Below, piece by piece: positions 32,283-43,008 of a stretch of 64,000 nucleotides of DNA. Made by a program: the position numbers and the translations under genes. Location of the stretch: positions 395,673-459,672 of the forward strand of contig NHDW01000004.1 in assembly GCA_002170535.1 (NCBI GenBank). The letters run 5' to 3'. Numbering within the stretch: position 1 is the first letter of the stretch; every line of letters begins with the position of its first letter. Origin of the DNA: Methylococcaceae bacterium TMED69 (GTDB taxonomy: Bacteria > Pseudomonadota > Gammaproteobacteria > Ga0077536). The notes beneath the pieces are model-generated. The model saw nothing but the letters and a program-made list of their open reading frames with translations. It had not been told where the DNA came from and did no database searches.

Positions 32283-32708
32283 ATGCAGGACGCTGTAGCA
32301 TTGGCAAAAAAAGCTGCTAGTCAAGGAGAGGTTCCGGTCGGGGCTATCGTTTTAAAAGGCACAAAAGTTATAGCATCCTCCTTTAATAAAACAAGACAAT
32401 TAAATGACCCAACGGCTCACGCCGAAATTTTGGCTTTAAGGGCCGCTGCTAAAAAATTAGGGAATTATAGGTTGCCTGATGGCTTGCTTTATACCACACT
32501 CGAGCCATGCCCAATGTGCGCGGGAGCAATTCTGGAGGCGCGAATTAAAACTCTGATATTTGGTGCCTATGATATAAAAAACGGAGCTGCGGGCAGTGTC
32601 TACAACCTGGTTTCAAAAAATACTAAGATTGAGATAATAGGCGGAGTAGAGGAAGCTGAATGCAGCCTATTACTCAAGGATTTTTTTAACCAAAAAAGAA
32701 ACAAATGA
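32283..32708 (+). CDS. tadA: tRNA-specific adenosine deaminase
   Basis: It carries the CDA zinc motifs HAEILALR and PCPMCAGA. I chose the ATG at 32283; the ORF-track start at 32199 overlaps the upstream gene. Confidence 0.9.
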   Translation: MQDAVALAKKAASQGEVPVGAIVLKGTKVIASSFNKTRQLNDPTAHAEILALRAAAKKLGNYRLPDGLLYTTLEPCPMCAGAILEARIKTLIFGAYDIKNGAAGSVYNLVSKNTKIEIIGGVEEAECSLLLKDFFNQKRNK

Positions 32709-33202
32709 TTAGTTCAAATAAAAATCTAAATCAATTGGCTACAAAATTAGGCAAATACTTGAGTGACAATAACATTAGAATCTCTGCAGCTGAGTCTTGT
32801 ACTGGAGGTTTATTTGGTAAAACGATAACGGACATTCCAGGTTGTTCATCATGGTTTGATTGTTCGCTTGTAACATATTCTAACGAAGCAAAGATGAGCT
32901 TTCTGGGAGTTAAAAGGGCCACATTAACGGATCATGGAGCTGTAAGTGAAGAAGTTGTCCGCGAGATGGCTGAGGGTGTTTCTCATAGGTCTTCTACTGA
33001 AATTGGGGTCGCTGTAAGCGGTATTGCGGGACCAAAAGGTGGTACTCGTTTAAAGCCGGTAGGTACAGTATGTTTTGGTTTTAATTACCCTGAAACAACG
33101 AAAACTTTCACGAAATTTTTCGATGGTAACCGGGAGGAGATCAGAACACTTAGTACGGAATTTTTATTGGTACAATTACTGGTATATCTTACAACAGATT
33201 GA
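32705..33202 (+). CDS. pncC: Nicotinamide-nucleotide amidohydrolase (CinA C-terminal domain protein)
   Basis: 165 aa with AAESCTGGL and SGIAGPKGG motifs. It lies directly upstream of recA, as E. coli pncC/ygaD does. Confidence 0.88.
   Translation: MISSNKNLNQLATKLGKYLSDNNIRISAAESCTGGLFGKTITDIPGCSSWFDCSLVTYSNEAKMSFLGVKRATLTDHGAVSEEVVREMAEGVSHRSSTEIGVAVSGIAGPKGGTRLKPVGTVCFGFNYPETTKTFTKFFDGNREEIRTLSTEFLLVQLLVYLTTD
33177..33196. promoter_or_regulatory. Candidate degenerate LexA (SOS) box upstream of recA
   Basis: TACTGGTATATCTTACAACA has the form CTG-N10-CAA against the gamma consensus CTG-N10-CAG. It lies about 60 nt upstream of the recA ATG, inside the 3' end of pncC. Confidence 0.25.
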
Positions 33203-33256
33203 TAGTCTATAAAATCGAAAGTCGGTTTGAAAGTGTAAATAACTAAAGGAATATTA

Positions 33257-34285
33257 ATGGATCAAAACAAAGAAAAAGCGTTAAAAATGGCCCTATCTCA
33301 AATTGAGAAGCAATTTGGATCAGGGTCTATTATGCGGATGGGAAATGAGAATACAGTAGCCCCGGTTGATGCTGTGTCCACCGGATCATTGAGCATTGAT
33401 ATTGCTCTGGGCATTGGAGGGTTCCCTAGAGGTAGGGTTGTTGAAATATATGGCCCAGAATCGTCTGGTAAAACCACATTAACTTTGCATGCGGTGGCAG
33501 AAATTCAAAAAGCAGGAGGCACCGCCGCTTTTGTAGACGCGGAACACGCGCTTGATCCAAGTTACGCTGAAAAAGTTGGCGTAAATGTTGAAGATTTGCT
33601 GGTTTCTCAACCGGATACGGGTGAGCAAGCTTTAGAGATAACTGATATGTTGGTACGCTCAGCCGCTGTCGACTTGGTGGTTGTTGATTCCGTTGCAGCT
33701 TTAACTCCAAAAGCTGAAATAGAGGGTGATATGGGAGACACTCATGTAGGATTGCAAGCTCGTTTGATGTCTCAAGCTTTACGAAAATTAACGGGCAACA
33801 TTAAGCGTTCGAATACTTTGGTCATATTTATTAACCAAATAAGAATGAAGATCGGCGTAATGTTCGGAAATCCCGAAACCACGACCGGCGGCAATGCTCT
33901 GAAATTCTATTCCTCTGTAAGACTTGATATTAGAAGAACAGGGGCCTTAAAAAAAGGCGATGAAATTATTGGCAATGAAACACGGGTAAAAGTCGTTAAA
34001 AACAAAGTGGCCCCTCCGTTTAAGCAAGCTAACTTTGACATAATGTATAATGAAGGTATATCAAGGCAGAGTGAATTGATTGAGCTAGGAGTACAAAATA
34101 ACATTGTTGAAAAAACCGGTGCTTGGTATAGCTATGAGGGAGATAGGTTAGGTCAAGGCAAAGAAAATGTCCGTATCTATTTAAAAGAAAACCCCGAACT
34201 TGCGCAGGAGATAGAACATAAAATACGGTCATTATTTTTTGCAAATAGAAAAATTGAAGTCGAGGATGTTGAGGACTCTTCATGA
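33257..34285 (+). CDS. recA: Recombinase RecA
   Basis: 342 aa with Walker [10 protein letters not shown]. The L1/L2 region and overall sequence are typical of RecA. Confidence 0.98.
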   Translation: MDQNKEKALKMALSQIEKQFGSGSIMRMGNENTVAPVDAVSTGSLSIDIALGIGGFPRGRVVEIYGPESSGKTTLTLHAVAEIQKAGGTAAFVDAEHALDPSYAEKVGVNVEDLLVSQPDTGEQALEITDMLVRSAAVDLVVVDSVAALTPKAEIEGDMGDTHVGLQARLMSQALRKLTGNIKRSNTLVIFINQIRMKIGVMFGNPETTTGGNALKFYSSVRLDIRRTGALKKGDEIIGNETRVKVVKNKVAPPFKQANFDIMYNEGISRQSELIELGVQNNIVEKTGAWYSYEGDRLGQGKENVRIYLKENPELAQEIEHKIRSLFFANRKIEVEDVEDSS

Positions 34286-34746
34286 CTTCAGATGTTGATT
34301 ACAAAACCGTAATGACTAAAGCTTTAAGACTTCTTGCACGAAGAGATCATGCGAAAAATGAATTAAAAATAAAGTTGGCAAATAAAATTCAAGATGCCAA
34401 CGTGATAAATAAAGTTCTTGAAAAATTAGAAAAAGATGGTTACTTAGATGATAAAGCCTTTGCTATTAAATATTTGAGGTATAGATCAGAATTGGGGTTC
34501 GGCCCAAAGAAGATATTTTTTGAGATGAAAAACAAAGGTCTAGATGACCAGTATATTCAGGAGTCCTTTGATACATTTGATTCAAGTTGGGTGGAGTTAA
34601 CTAAAGACGCGTTTCGAAAAAAGTTTGGTGAAACAAAAAACAACGAAATAGATTCAAAAAACTATGAAAAAAAAATTAGATTTCTAGCTCATAGGGGTTT
34701 TTCTTATAATGATATAAAAACCGTGTTAGGAGAGAGTCCACAATAA
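34282..34746 (+). CDS. recX: RecA regulator RecX
   Basis: 154-aa helical-repeat protein. It overlaps the recA stop and sits in the conserved recA-recX position. Confidence 0.85.
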   Translation: MTSDVDYKTVMTKALRLLARRDHAKNELKIKLANKIQDANVINKVLEKLEKDGYLDDKAFAIKYLRYRSELGFGPKKIFFEMKNKGLDDQYIQESFDTFDSSWVELTKDAFRKKFGETKNNEIDSKNYEKKIRFLAHRGFSYNDIKTVLGESPQ

Positions 34747-37376
34747 TGGATACTCAACGAATTCGCGAAAATTTTTTGGAATTTTTTGAGTCAAATGGAC
34801 ACAAGAGAGTCGAAAGTTCGTCATTGATCCCATCACAGGACAAAACCCTGCTTTTCACTAATGCTGGCATGGTTCAATTCAAAAATTTTTTCACAGGTGA
34901 GCAAAAGCCACCATATGAGTCCGCTACCTCTGTTCAAAGATGTGTCCGCGCCGGGGGAAAGCATAATGATTTGAATAATGTTGGTTTTACCTCGCGCCAT
35001 CATACTTTTTTTGAAATGTTGGGGAACTTCAGCTTTGGTTCTTATTTTAAAGAGGAAGCTATCGGTTTTGCATGGGACCTCTTAACGAATGAATTTAAGA
35101 TTCCGAAGGAAAAGTTATTGGTAACTGTATATGAAGATGATGATGAGGCTGCAAAGATTTGGAATAGAAAAATAAAAGTTCCTGAAAGTAAAATAATAAA
35201 ATGTGGCGAAAAAGATAATTTTTGGGCAATGGGGGATACCGGTCCGTGCGGCCCCTGTACAGAAATATTTTATGATCATGGTCCGAACATAGAGGGTGGT
35301 CCACCTGGAACCCCAAATGAGGATGGTGACAGATTTGTTGAGATTTGGAACTTAGTTTTCATGCAATACCAAATGGATTCGTCTGGTGTTAAAAATTTAC
35401 TTCCAAAACCAGCAGTAGATACAGGCATGGGCTTGGAACGTATTGCTGCGGTTTTACAAAATGTAACAAATAATTATGAGATAGATCTCTTTAAAAAACT
35501 TAATGTCGCTGTCAATAATTCTCTTGATAATGATGTGGAAAATGTTGCTATTCTACGAATTATTTCAGATCACATCAGGGCGGCTACATTTCTTGCGATG
35601 GATGGTGTATTGCCCGGAAATGAGGGAAGGGGCTATGTTCTTAGAAGGATCATTCGCCGCGCGTTGCGCTATGGCCATAAAGTAAATGATAAGAAATTAT
35701 TTTTTTATTGCTTAGTTAGATCATTAACCGACATTATGGGCGAATCTTATCCTGAGTTACGGGAAAAAGAGGATCATATAACTCATATCCTTAAGACTGA
35801 AGAAGAACGCTTTACCGAAACATTAAGTAGAGGTTTGATTATTTTAGATAGAAAAATTAAACAAAATACCACCGGAAGGTTGGAAGGTGACATTGTTTTC
35901 GAACTTTATGATACTTATGGCTTTCCAGCTGATATTACCAAGGACGTTGCTAGGGAGCAGGGTTTAGAGATTGATGTGATTGGTTTTGAACAATTAATGG
36001 AAAAGCAAAAAATTTTAGCAAAGCGTGCTAGCAAATTTAGCGAACAAGCAGATTTTTTTGGGCTGTCAAAATCTACAATTGAAACTGTTGATTTTATGCA
36101 AAAATTTTGTGGTTATACCAGTAATCAAAGTGTATCTGAAGTTGTTTCTATCTATTCTGGCGGGGTCAGAACCAAAAAGCTTTGTAAGAATGAGTCAGGT
36201 ATTATTTGTATTGAGGAAACACCATTTTATGCAGAAGCGGGAGGACAAATCGGTGATATTGGTAAAATTGAGTCCCTCAATGGGGTGTTTGAAGTACGAG
36301 ATACGAAAGTTGTAAATAATATATATTTACACATAGGAGAACTAATAGAGGGCCAATTATTAGAGGGAGAGAAAGTCCAAGCGATGGTAAATATAGAAAC
36401 TCGAACCAGAACCACCATTCATCATTCGGCAACTCATTTACTACATGCGGCTCTCAGGCACGAACTTGGAAAGGGTGTGGGGCAAAAGGGCTCTCACGTG
36501 GCCGCTAACAGAATGAGATTTGATTTTTCACATCCTGAAGCAATTTCAGATTTTGAACTACAGAAAATTGAAATGTTAGTTAATAGTAAGATTAGAGAGA
36601 ACATGATAGTAGAGACCAAGATAATGGATAAAGCTGATGCTATAAATTCTGGGGCAATCGCGTTTTTTGACGAAAAATACGGTGATAAAGTTCGAGTCCT
36701 TAGTATAGGTAAGTTTTCAATAGAATTATGTGGCGGGACACATGTGTCGCGGACGGGTGAGCTCGGATTTTTTAAAATTCTTTCTGAATCGTCGATTGGG
36801 TCTGGAATAAGGAGGATCGAAGCTCTTTGTGGGATTGAGGCCGAGCATCATGCTAGTAAGATCGAAAAATTGATAAAAACGATAAGTTCGACCCTTGAGA
36901 CTTCGGAAGCCAAAATTTTAGATAAATTAAGTTTTTTGATTAACGAAAAATCAAATCTCGAAAGCAAAGTAAAAAAGTATAAGGAATCTTCATTGGATGA
37001 CATTGTTAACGACGTTTACGAACGTGCCGAAGAGATTAATAATGCAAAGTTAGTTGTTGCTAAATTAGAAAACGTTGATCCTAAAGAGCTTAGAAGGCTT
37101 GTAGATAATCTAAAGAGTCGCCCGACGCAGCATGGTGTGATTGTGGTTTTAGCTTCTTCTATGGGGAGTAAACTTAGATTAGTAGTAGGAGTCAGTGAAA
37201 AATTGTCAAACAAAATTAGTGCGGTTGACTTAATAAATCATATGGTGCATAAAGATGGTGGAAAAGGTGGAGGAAGGCCTGACTTAGCTCAAGCTGGCGG
37301 AGAGTTTACTAGCGATTTCAAAGATATTATAGAAATTGGTAAGGTCTGGATTACCAAAAAATCCGAATATTTTTAA
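34746..37376 (+). CDS. alaS: Alanine--tRNA ligase
   Basis: 876 aa with FTNAGMVQFK and HHTFFEMLGNFSFG. The editing domain carries the HxxxH and CGGTHV motifs. Confidence 0.98.
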   Translation: MDTQRIRENFLEFFESNGHKRVESSSLIPSQDKTLLFTNAGMVQFKNFFTGEQKPPYESATSVQRCVRAGGKHNDLNNVGFTSRHHTFFEMLGNFSFGSYFKEEAIGFAWDLLTNEFKIPKEKLLVTVYEDDDEAAKIWNRKIKVPESKIIKCGEKDNFWAMGDTGPCGPCTEIFYDHGPNIEGGPPGTPNEDGDRFVEIWNLVFMQYQMDSSGVKNLLPKPAVDTGMGLERIAAVLQNVTNNYEIDLFKKLNVAVNNSLDNDVENVAILRIISDHIRAATFLAMDGVLPGNEGRGYVLRRIIRRALRYGHKVNDKKLFFYCLVRSLTDIMGESYPELREKEDHITHILKTEEERFTETLSRGLIILDRKIKQNTTGRLEGDIVFELYDTYGFPADITKDVAREQGLEIDVIGFEQLMEKQKILAKRASKFSEQADFFGLSKSTIETVDFMQKFCGYTSNQSVSEVVSIYSGGVRTKKLCKNESGIICIEETPFYAEAGGQIGDIGKIESLNGVFEVRDTKVVNNIYLHIGELIEGQLLEGEKVQAMVNIETRTRTTIHHSATHLLHAALRHELGKGVGQKGSHVAANRMRFDFSHPEAISDFELQKIEMLVNSKIRENMIVETKIMDKADAINSGAIAFFDEKYGDKVRVLSIGKFSIELCGGTHVSRTGELGFFKILSESSIGSGIRRIEALCGIEAEHHASKIEKLIKTISSTLETSEAKILDKLSFLINEKSNLESKVKKYKESSLDDIVNDVYERAEEINNAKLVVAKLENVDPKELRRLVDNLKSRPTQHGVIVVLASSMGSKLRLVVGVSEKLSNKISAVDLINHMVHKDGGKGGGRPDLAQAGGEFTSDFKDIIEIGKVWITKKSEYF

Positions 37377-37397
37377 CGTTTATTATGGTCTATTCAA

Positions 37398-38624
37398 GTG
37401 GCATCATTAGTTTTAAAATTTGGGGGTACGTCGGTCGGAAGCGCAGAAGCTATATTGTTAGTAGCCGACAAAGTAAAAAAACTAAAAGAAGAAGGTAATA
37501 GTCTGGCTGTTGTGGTTTCAGCAATGAGCGGAGAGACTAATAGACTTCTTGACCTGGCAAATAAATTTAAGGCCGAAAAGGGCAAAGCGGTTGACTTTCT
37601 TTTAGCAACAGGAGAACAAGTTTCAGTAGCGCTGTTATGCTCAGCCTTAGAGTCTCTGGGAGTTATATGTCACCCAATGGCAGGCTGGCAGGTGCCGATA
37701 CAAACTGATAATTCTTTTGGCAAAGCAAAAATTACAGAAATAACTCCTGACAATATAGTTAATTTGATGGACGATGGAGTCGTGGTTATAACAGGATTCC
37801 AAGGTGTAGATCAAAGTAATAATATCACAACGTTGGGCAGAGGTGGTTCAGACACTTCAGCGGTAGCGATAGCCGCCGCCATTGGTGCAGATGAATGTAG
37901 GATCTATACAGATGTTCGTGGGGTTTTTACCACTGATCCTCGGATTGTCTCGGATGCGAGGAAACTCGATGTTATTACTTATGAAGAAATGCTAGAGTTA
38001 GCTGGGCTTGGTGCTAAAGTGTTACAGATTAGAGCAGTCGAATTTGCTAGAAACTACAATGTAAAACTGAGAGTTTTATCCACTTTTAACGAAGACCCTG
38101 GAACTTTAATTATTGATGAGGAAGAAGGCATGGGAATGGAACAAGCACTAATTTCTGGCATTACGTTAAAGAAAAACGAAGCGCAAATAATGTTAAGCAA
38201 CGTGCCTGATAGGCCGGGTATTGCAGCTGATATTCTTGGACCCGTGGCTGAAAAAAATATTGAAGTAGATATGATTGTGCAAAATATAGGATCAAATGGT
38301 ATAGCGGACTTTACGTTTACCGTTCCAAAGCTCGATTTTGATGAAACTGTGATGATTCTAAACAATCTCTCGAACCAATTGGGAGGAAGTATTATTTCTG
38401 GTGACGACAAAATTGTAAAACTGTCTATAGTAGGGGTGGGTATGAGATCTCACGCTGGAATTGCTAGCAAAATGTTCTCAGTTTTAGCTGCCGAGAACAT
38501 TAATATTAAAATGATATCCACGTCGGAAATAAAAATCTCGGTAGTTATTGAAGAAAAGTATGGTGAATTAGCAGTTCGGTGTTTACATACGGCTTTTGAA
38601 CTGCAAAGTACGATATCGAAGTAA
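37398..38624 (+). CDS. lysC: Aspartate kinase
   Basis: GTG start. It begins KFGGTSVGS, has an amino-acid kinase fold and ends in two ACT domains. Confidence 0.95.
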   Translation: MASLVLKFGGTSVGSAEAILLVADKVKKLKEEGNSLAVVVSAMSGETNRLLDLANKFKAEKGKAVDFLLATGEQVSVALLCSALESLGVICHPMAGWQVPIQTDNSFGKAKITEITPDNIVNLMDDGVVVITGFQGVDQSNNITTLGRGGSDTSAVAIAAAIGADECRIYTDVRGVFTTDPRIVSDARKLDVITYEEMLELAGLGAKVLQIRAVEFARNYNVKLRVLSTFNEDPGTLIIDEEEGMGMEQALISGITLKKNEAQIMLSNVPDRPGIAADILGPVAEKNIEVDMIVQNIGSNGIADFTFTVPKLDFDETVMILNNLSNQLGGSIISGDDKIVKLSIVGVGMRSHAGIASKMFSVLAAENINIKMISTSEIKISVVIEEKYGELAVRCLHTAFELQSTISK

Positions 38625-38642
38625 GAGCTATTTGGAAGTAGA

Positions 38643-39848
38643 TTGAGTAAAATTGCTATACTAACTCGCGGTGTTTCTGGTGGCGGAGTTCAAAAGATGT
38701 CAGTTAATCTAGCTAATCAGTTGGTTAGTGAGGGATGGAAGGTGGATTTACTGTCACCTGTAAAAGGAAATGACTCTGAGGTAGATCCAAGAGTCAATAT
38801 TATACTAATGCCTTCTAGTTCGAATATAGTCGCTAGATGGTATTGTTTAAAAGCTGCTCCTGATCTTTTAAAGGAACTTTTTCTTCCGGTTATTATTCCG
38901 ATTTTTTTTCCAAAATCATTATCCTATGTTAAATATATTGCCAATTATATGAATAGGCATAAGCCAGTGGCTTTCATTTCAGCTACTACTTATTTTAATA
39001 TCGCTGCGCTATTAGCTAAACGTATAGCGAGAAAGGATATAAAAATATTAATAAGCGAAAGAACAAATCTTAGCGGTACTATTGATTCGATAAAAAATAA
39101 GTTTTTTTTGAGATGGCGGTTTGTCACAAAACTGGTCTTCCGGATATATCAGGAATCCGATTCAATCGTAGCTGTATCAGATGGTGTGGCTTATGATTTA
39201 GCATTGCGCACCGGGTTAGACTTAAAAAAAATTAGAACAATTAATAATCCTGTTATTCCGAATACAGAAAGAAAAAATGGATCGGAAAAAAAAAGAGCCC
39301 ATGGTCGGGCATTTAAAGATAATCATACCAACTATCCTCATTTCGTAATCGTCGGCCGATTAGTTACGGTTAAAAGAATCGATCTTGCGATTAAGGCTTT
39401 TGATTTATTTCTTAGGAAAACGGGAAATGGAAAATTAACTATTCTTGGTGATGGGCCAAGAAGAAAACGCCTTGAACGTATGGTGCGAGAATTAAAACTG
39501 GAACAAAAAGTGATTTTTACAGGTTGGCATCATAAACCTCTTGAAGTCCTAAAATGTGCTGACGTATGTCTTTTGACTTCACAAAGAGAAGGCTCGCCTA
39601 ACATACTGGTCGAGGCGATGCACTATGGCTGTCAGGTAGTGGCAACCAATTGTCCCAATGGTCCATCAGAAATTTTAAAAAATGGCAAATTAGGTAAGTT
39701 GGTTGATGGTTATGAGCCGGAATTAATTTCACAGGCAATGCTCGATATCGTCAACAATCCTATTGACCTGCGTTTGTTAGAGAAGCGTTCGCTCGATTAT
39801 ACAGCCGTAAAAAGCACTAGGGAATACTTAGATAGTTTGGGCTTTTAA
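38643..39848 (+). CDS. Glycosyltransferase, GT4-like (GT-B fold)
   Basis: 401 aa with a TTG start. The N-terminus reads GGGVQKMSVNLANQL and the C-terminal half has an EGSPNILVEAMHYGCQVVAT (EX7E-type) motif. The composition is low-GC, like the host. Confidence 0.85.
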   Translation: MSKIAILTRGVSGGGVQKMSVNLANQLVSEGWKVDLLSPVKGNDSEVDPRVNIILMPSSSNIVARWYCLKAAPDLLKELFLPVIIPIFFPKSLSYVKYIANYMNRHKPVAFISATTYFNIAALLAKRIARKDIKILISERTNLSGTIDSIKNKFFLRWRFVTKLVFRIYQESDSIVAVSDGVAYDLALRTGLDLKKIRTINNPVIPNTERKNGSEKKRAHGRAFKDNHTNYPHFVIVGRLVTVKRIDLAIKAFDLFLRKTGNGKLTILGDGPRRKRLERMVRELKLEQKVIFTGWHHKPLEVLKCADVCLLTSQREGSPNILVEAMHYGCQVVATNCPNGPSEILKNGKLGKLVDGYEPELISQAMLDIVNNPIDLRLLEKRSLDYTAVKSTREYLDSLGF

Positions 39849-39925
39849 AATAATCGGTTTGATTCAATTCAATTTTTACTTAGCATAGCTAAAATCAAAA
39901 AAAAGTGCGAAAATTAAAAAGTATT

Positions 39926-40017
39926 GGAGAGGTGGCCGAGCGGCTGAAGGCGCTCCCCTGCTAAGGGAGTATGCGGTTTATCCCGTATCGAGGGTTCGAA
40001 TCCCTCTCTCTCCGCCA
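39926..40017 (+). tRNA. serV: tRNA-Ser (anticodon GCU), long variable arm, encoded CCA
   Basis: I folded it by hand. The acceptor GGAGAGG pairs with TCTCTCC, the anticodon loop is CT-GCT-AA, the T arm is GAGGG-TTCGAAT-CCCTC, the discriminator is G and the CCA is encoded. It follows alaS/lysC, as serV does in other gammaproteobacteria. Confidence 0.93.
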
Positions 40018-40157
40018 ATAAAAAAAGATTCTCTTTTGTTTGATATTGGGAAAATGGGTGTGGAAGACAGATTAAAAAAATACAGACAGCGAGTTGAATT
40101 ACAACAAGCGGAATTGACATGTGTTCAATCCCGTGCGGCAACCGTGGAGCGGGTTTA

Positions 40158-41225
40158 ATGACCATTTTAGTTACTGGTGGTGCGGGTTTTATCGGTTCCA
40201 ATTTTGTTATCGACTGGCTAGCCGGAAGCGAGGAGCCAGTCATTAATCTGGATCTATTAACCTACGCCGGCAATTTAATAAATTTTGCGGCTCTTAAAAA
40301 TGATGATCGACATACCTTTGTGAATGGTGATATCGGTGATTCATCTCTAACTTTCCAGTTGCTTCAGCAGCATAATCCGCGTGCAGTAATTAATTTTGCA
40401 GCTGAGTCACATGTAGATCGCTCCATTCATGGTCCGGAAGATTTCATGCAGACCAACATTATTGGCACCTTTCGTTTATTGGAGTCCGTCCGAGGGTATT
40501 GGGGCGATCTGCCAGATGCTGAAAAGGCCAACTTTCGTTTCTTGCATGTATCTACAGACGAAGTGTATGGTTCGCTGGATGCCGATGCCCCTGCCTTTGT
40601 AGAAACTAACCGTTATGAACCTAACAGTCCTTACAGTGCCAGTAAAGCCGCGTCAGATCATATTGTTCGCGCCTATCATCACACCTATCGGCTGCCAGTA
40701 TTAACGACCAATTGTTCGAATAATTACGGGCCTTTTCAGTTTCCCGAAAAATTAATTCCGTTGATAATTCATAATGCTTTGGCTCATAAACCTCTGCCAA
40801 TCTACGGGGATGGCCTACAAATTCGAGATTGGCTTTATGTGGGTGACCACTGCAGTGCAATCCGAGCTGTATTGGCGAATGGTACCGTTGGCGAAGTTTA
40901 TAACATCGGTGGGCTAAATGAGATGACTAATATTGAGATAGTAAACAGACTTTGTGACATTCTTGATAAACTTCGGCCCATTTCTTCGGATGCATCAATT
41001 TGCAGTTATTGTGAACTTATCACCCATATCAAAGACCGACCGGGACACGATCGCCGTTACGCTATTGATGCCACCAAAATTGAATCCGCAATCGGGTGGC
41101 GCCCAGCGGAAACATTCGAAACCGGTATTCGAAAAACTGTCGAATGGTATCTGGATAATCAGGAATGGGTTGAACAAATTGTTACTGGCGGTTATCGTCG
41201 TTGGATCGAGAGGCAATACGCATGA
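40158..41225 (+). CDS. rfbB: dTDP-glucose 4,6-dehydratase
   Basis: The ATG at 40158 has a GGAG 8 nt upstream. It carries VTGGAGFIGSNF, YSASKAASDH (YxxxK) and the characteristic C-terminus. Confidence 0.96.
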   Translation: MTILVTGGAGFIGSNFVIDWLAGSEEPVINLDLLTYAGNLINFAALKNDDRHTFVNGDIGDSSLTFQLLQQHNPRAVINFAAESHVDRSIHGPEDFMQTNIIGTFRLLESVRGYWGDLPDAEKANFRFLHVSTDEVYGSLDADAPAFVETNRYEPNSPYSASKAASDHIVRAYHHTYRLPVLTTNCSNNYGPFQFPEKLIPLIIHNALAHKPLPIYGDGLQIRDWLYVGDHCSAIRAVLANGTVGEVYNIGGLNEMTNIEIVNRLCDILDKLRPISSDASICSYCELITHIKDRPGHDRRYAIDATKIESAIGWRPAETFETGIRKTVEWYLDNQEWVEQIVTGGYRRWIERQYA

Positions 41226-42121
41226 AGTTATTGCTTCTCGGTGCAAACGGGCAGCTGGGACAAGAGCTCCGCCGAGCACTTCCAGAAGTTGGCGAAGTTA
41301 AAGCTTGTGATCGGTACGAAGTCGACCTAACCGACACCCAATCCGTTCTTTTGGCTCTTGAAACATTTAATCCGGATATCGTTATCAATGCTGCGGCTTA
41401 TACTGCCGTTGACAAAGCTGAAACAAATTGCATTCAGGCATTTAGTGTAAACGCTGATGCAGTAAGGTTCTTGGCTAATGAAGTGGAGAAGAGAGGTATT
41501 TGGCTTATTCACTACTCTACTGATTATATTTTTGATGGACGAAAAGACGACGCCTATAGAGAAACAGATCCAACAAATCCGGTAAACGTTTATGGAGAAT
41601 CAAAACTTGCCGGGGAACAGGCCGTTATTGCGAAAGGTTCTAAATACCTTATTTTTCGTACTTCATGGGTAATTGGTAAAGATGGGAACAATTTTGCAAA
41701 AACAATCTTAAAACTAGCTAGCGGCCACGACACCCTAAATGTTATCAATGACCAGATTGGGGTGCCTACATCCCCAGCTCTAATTTCTAAAGTAACCGTA
41801 AGTGCAATCAATGCAATTAAAAATGGCGACGCATGGCTGGTCGGTATTTACCACTTAGCCCCCAAAGGAAAAACGACCTGGTTTGGTGTGGCAGAAGTGC
41901 TACTAGATATTGCGACCAATTCGAATATAGAGCTTTCAACAAGAACAACTCAGATAAAGGCAACCATAACAGCGGAGTATCCAACTGCTGCAAAGCGGCC
42001 ATTAAATTCATGTTTAAACACAGACAAATTGGCCGAATACCTTTCATTTGAATTACCACACTGGAAAGATGATTTTTTTGTTACCGCGAAATCGATCATC
42101 AAGGAATTTAAAGCAGTATGA
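41222..42121 (+). CDS. rfbD: dTDP-4-dehydrorhamnose reductase
   Basis: [16 protein letters not shown]..., with an ATGA overlap on rfb[10 protein letters not shown] is the YxxxK motif. Confidence 0.94.
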   Translation: MKLLLLGANGQLGQELRRALPEVGEVKACDRYEVDLTDTQSVLLALETFNPDIVINAAAYTAVDKAETNCIQAFSVNADAVRFLANEVEKRGIWLIHYSTDYIFDGRKDDAYRETDPTNPVNVYGESKLAGEQAVIAKGSKYLIFRTSWVIGKDGNNFAKTILKLASGHDTLNVINDQIGVPTSPALISKVTVSAINAIKNGDAWLVGIYHLAPKGKTTWFGVAEVLLDIATNSNIELSTRTTQIKATITAEYPTAAKRPLNSCLNTDKLAEYLSFELPHWKDDFFVTAKSIIKEFKAV

Positions 42122-43008
42122 AACGAAAAGGTATTATCTTGGCTGGTGGATCTGGTACACGGCTTTACCCGGCCACAAAGGTCGTATCAAAACAGTTATT
42201 GCCTGTTTTCGATAAGCCAATGATCTATTACCCCTTAAGCACCCTCATGCTGGCAGATGTGCGTGAAATTTTGATTATTTCGACACCAAAGGACACGCCG
42301 CGTTTTGAAGAGCTTTTAGCTGATGGTAGTCAATGGGGATTGAAAATAGATTATGCGCAACAACCATCGCCCGATGGCTTAGCCCAGTCGTTAATAATTG
42401 GCGAAGAGTTTCTGGATGGGGCCCCTTCTATCCTGATTCTCGGTGACAACATTTTTTACGGCAACTCGCTACACGAAAAACTGGCATCGGCTAATCAGCG
42501 TCTGAGTGGCGCCACTATTTTTGCCTATCGTGTGCATGACCCTGAACGTTATGGCGTTGCTGAGTTTGATAAAAATGGGAAAGTTATAAGTTTGGAAGAG
42601 AAGCCAGCTGAACCCAACTCTAATTATGCGGTCACCGGTCTTTATTTTTATGATGAGCATGCACCGAAATATGCGAATCAAATTAGACCTTCTCATCGCG
42701 GTGAGTTAGAGATTACTGATCTTAATAAGATTTATTTGGAAAAAAGCCAGCTTTCAGTAGAGCGAATGAATAGAGGTTACGCGTGGCTAGATACTGGCAC
42801 TCATGAAAGCCTGATTGAAGCACACCAGTTTGTTCAAACAATAGAGCATCGTCAAGGCTTAAAAGTCGCCTGCCTAGAAGAGATAGCCTTCAGGCAGAAG
42901 TGGATAGATCAGCGTCAGTTAGAACTGTTAGCCCAACCTTTACTCAAGAATGGATATGGTAAATATTTACTCCAGGTTATTAGGGAATATGAGAATGAAA
43001 GCGATTGA
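42118..43008 (+). CDS. rfbA: Glucose-1-phosphate thymidylyltransferase
   Basis: It begins [16 protein letters not shown], and the remainder is typical of RmlA. Confidence 0.96.
   Translation: MKRKGIILAGGSGTRLYPATKVVSKQLLPVFDKPMIYYPLSTLMLADVREILIISTPKDTPRFEELLADGSQWGLKIDYAQQPSPDGLAQSLIIGEEFLDGAPSILILGDNIFYGNSLHEKLASANQRLSGATIFAYRVHDPERYGVAEFDKNGKVISLEEKPAEPNSNYAVTGLYFYDEHAPKYANQIRPSHRGELEITDLNKIYLEKSQLSVERMNRGYAWLDTGTHESLIEAHQFVQTIEHRQGLKVACLEEIAFRQKWIDQRQLELLAQPLLKNGYGKYLLQVIREYENESD

Noticed and set aside
40121-40142. tRNA T-arm-like fragment (GTGTTCAATCCCGTGCGGCAAC), considered as an island att-site repeat or tRNA remnant
   Set aside because: It does not match the 3' end of the adjacent tRNA-Ser (GGGTTCGAATCCCTCTCTCTCCGCCA). 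No full cloverleaf can be drawn.
40135-40146. ops/JUMPStart-like motif GCGGCAACCGTG about 12 nt upstream of the rfbB start
   Set aside because: It resembles the RfaH-recruiting ops element GGCGGTAGCGTG only imperfectly (two mismatches plus a one-base insertion). I cannot tell whether an RfaH homologue exists. It is too weak to call.
39914-40243. 109-aa minus-strand ORF spanning the tRNA-Ser region
   Set aside because: It runs antisense through a well-folding tRNA-Ser(GCU) and into the rfbB 5' end. It has no supporting motifs and is almost certainly spurious.
40954-41301. Alternative-frame ORFs around the rfbB/rfbD junction (40954-41301 plus strand, 40995-41279 minus, 41182-41388 minus)
   Set aside because: rfbB and rfbD fully account for this DNA, with canonical motifs and an ATGA overlap.
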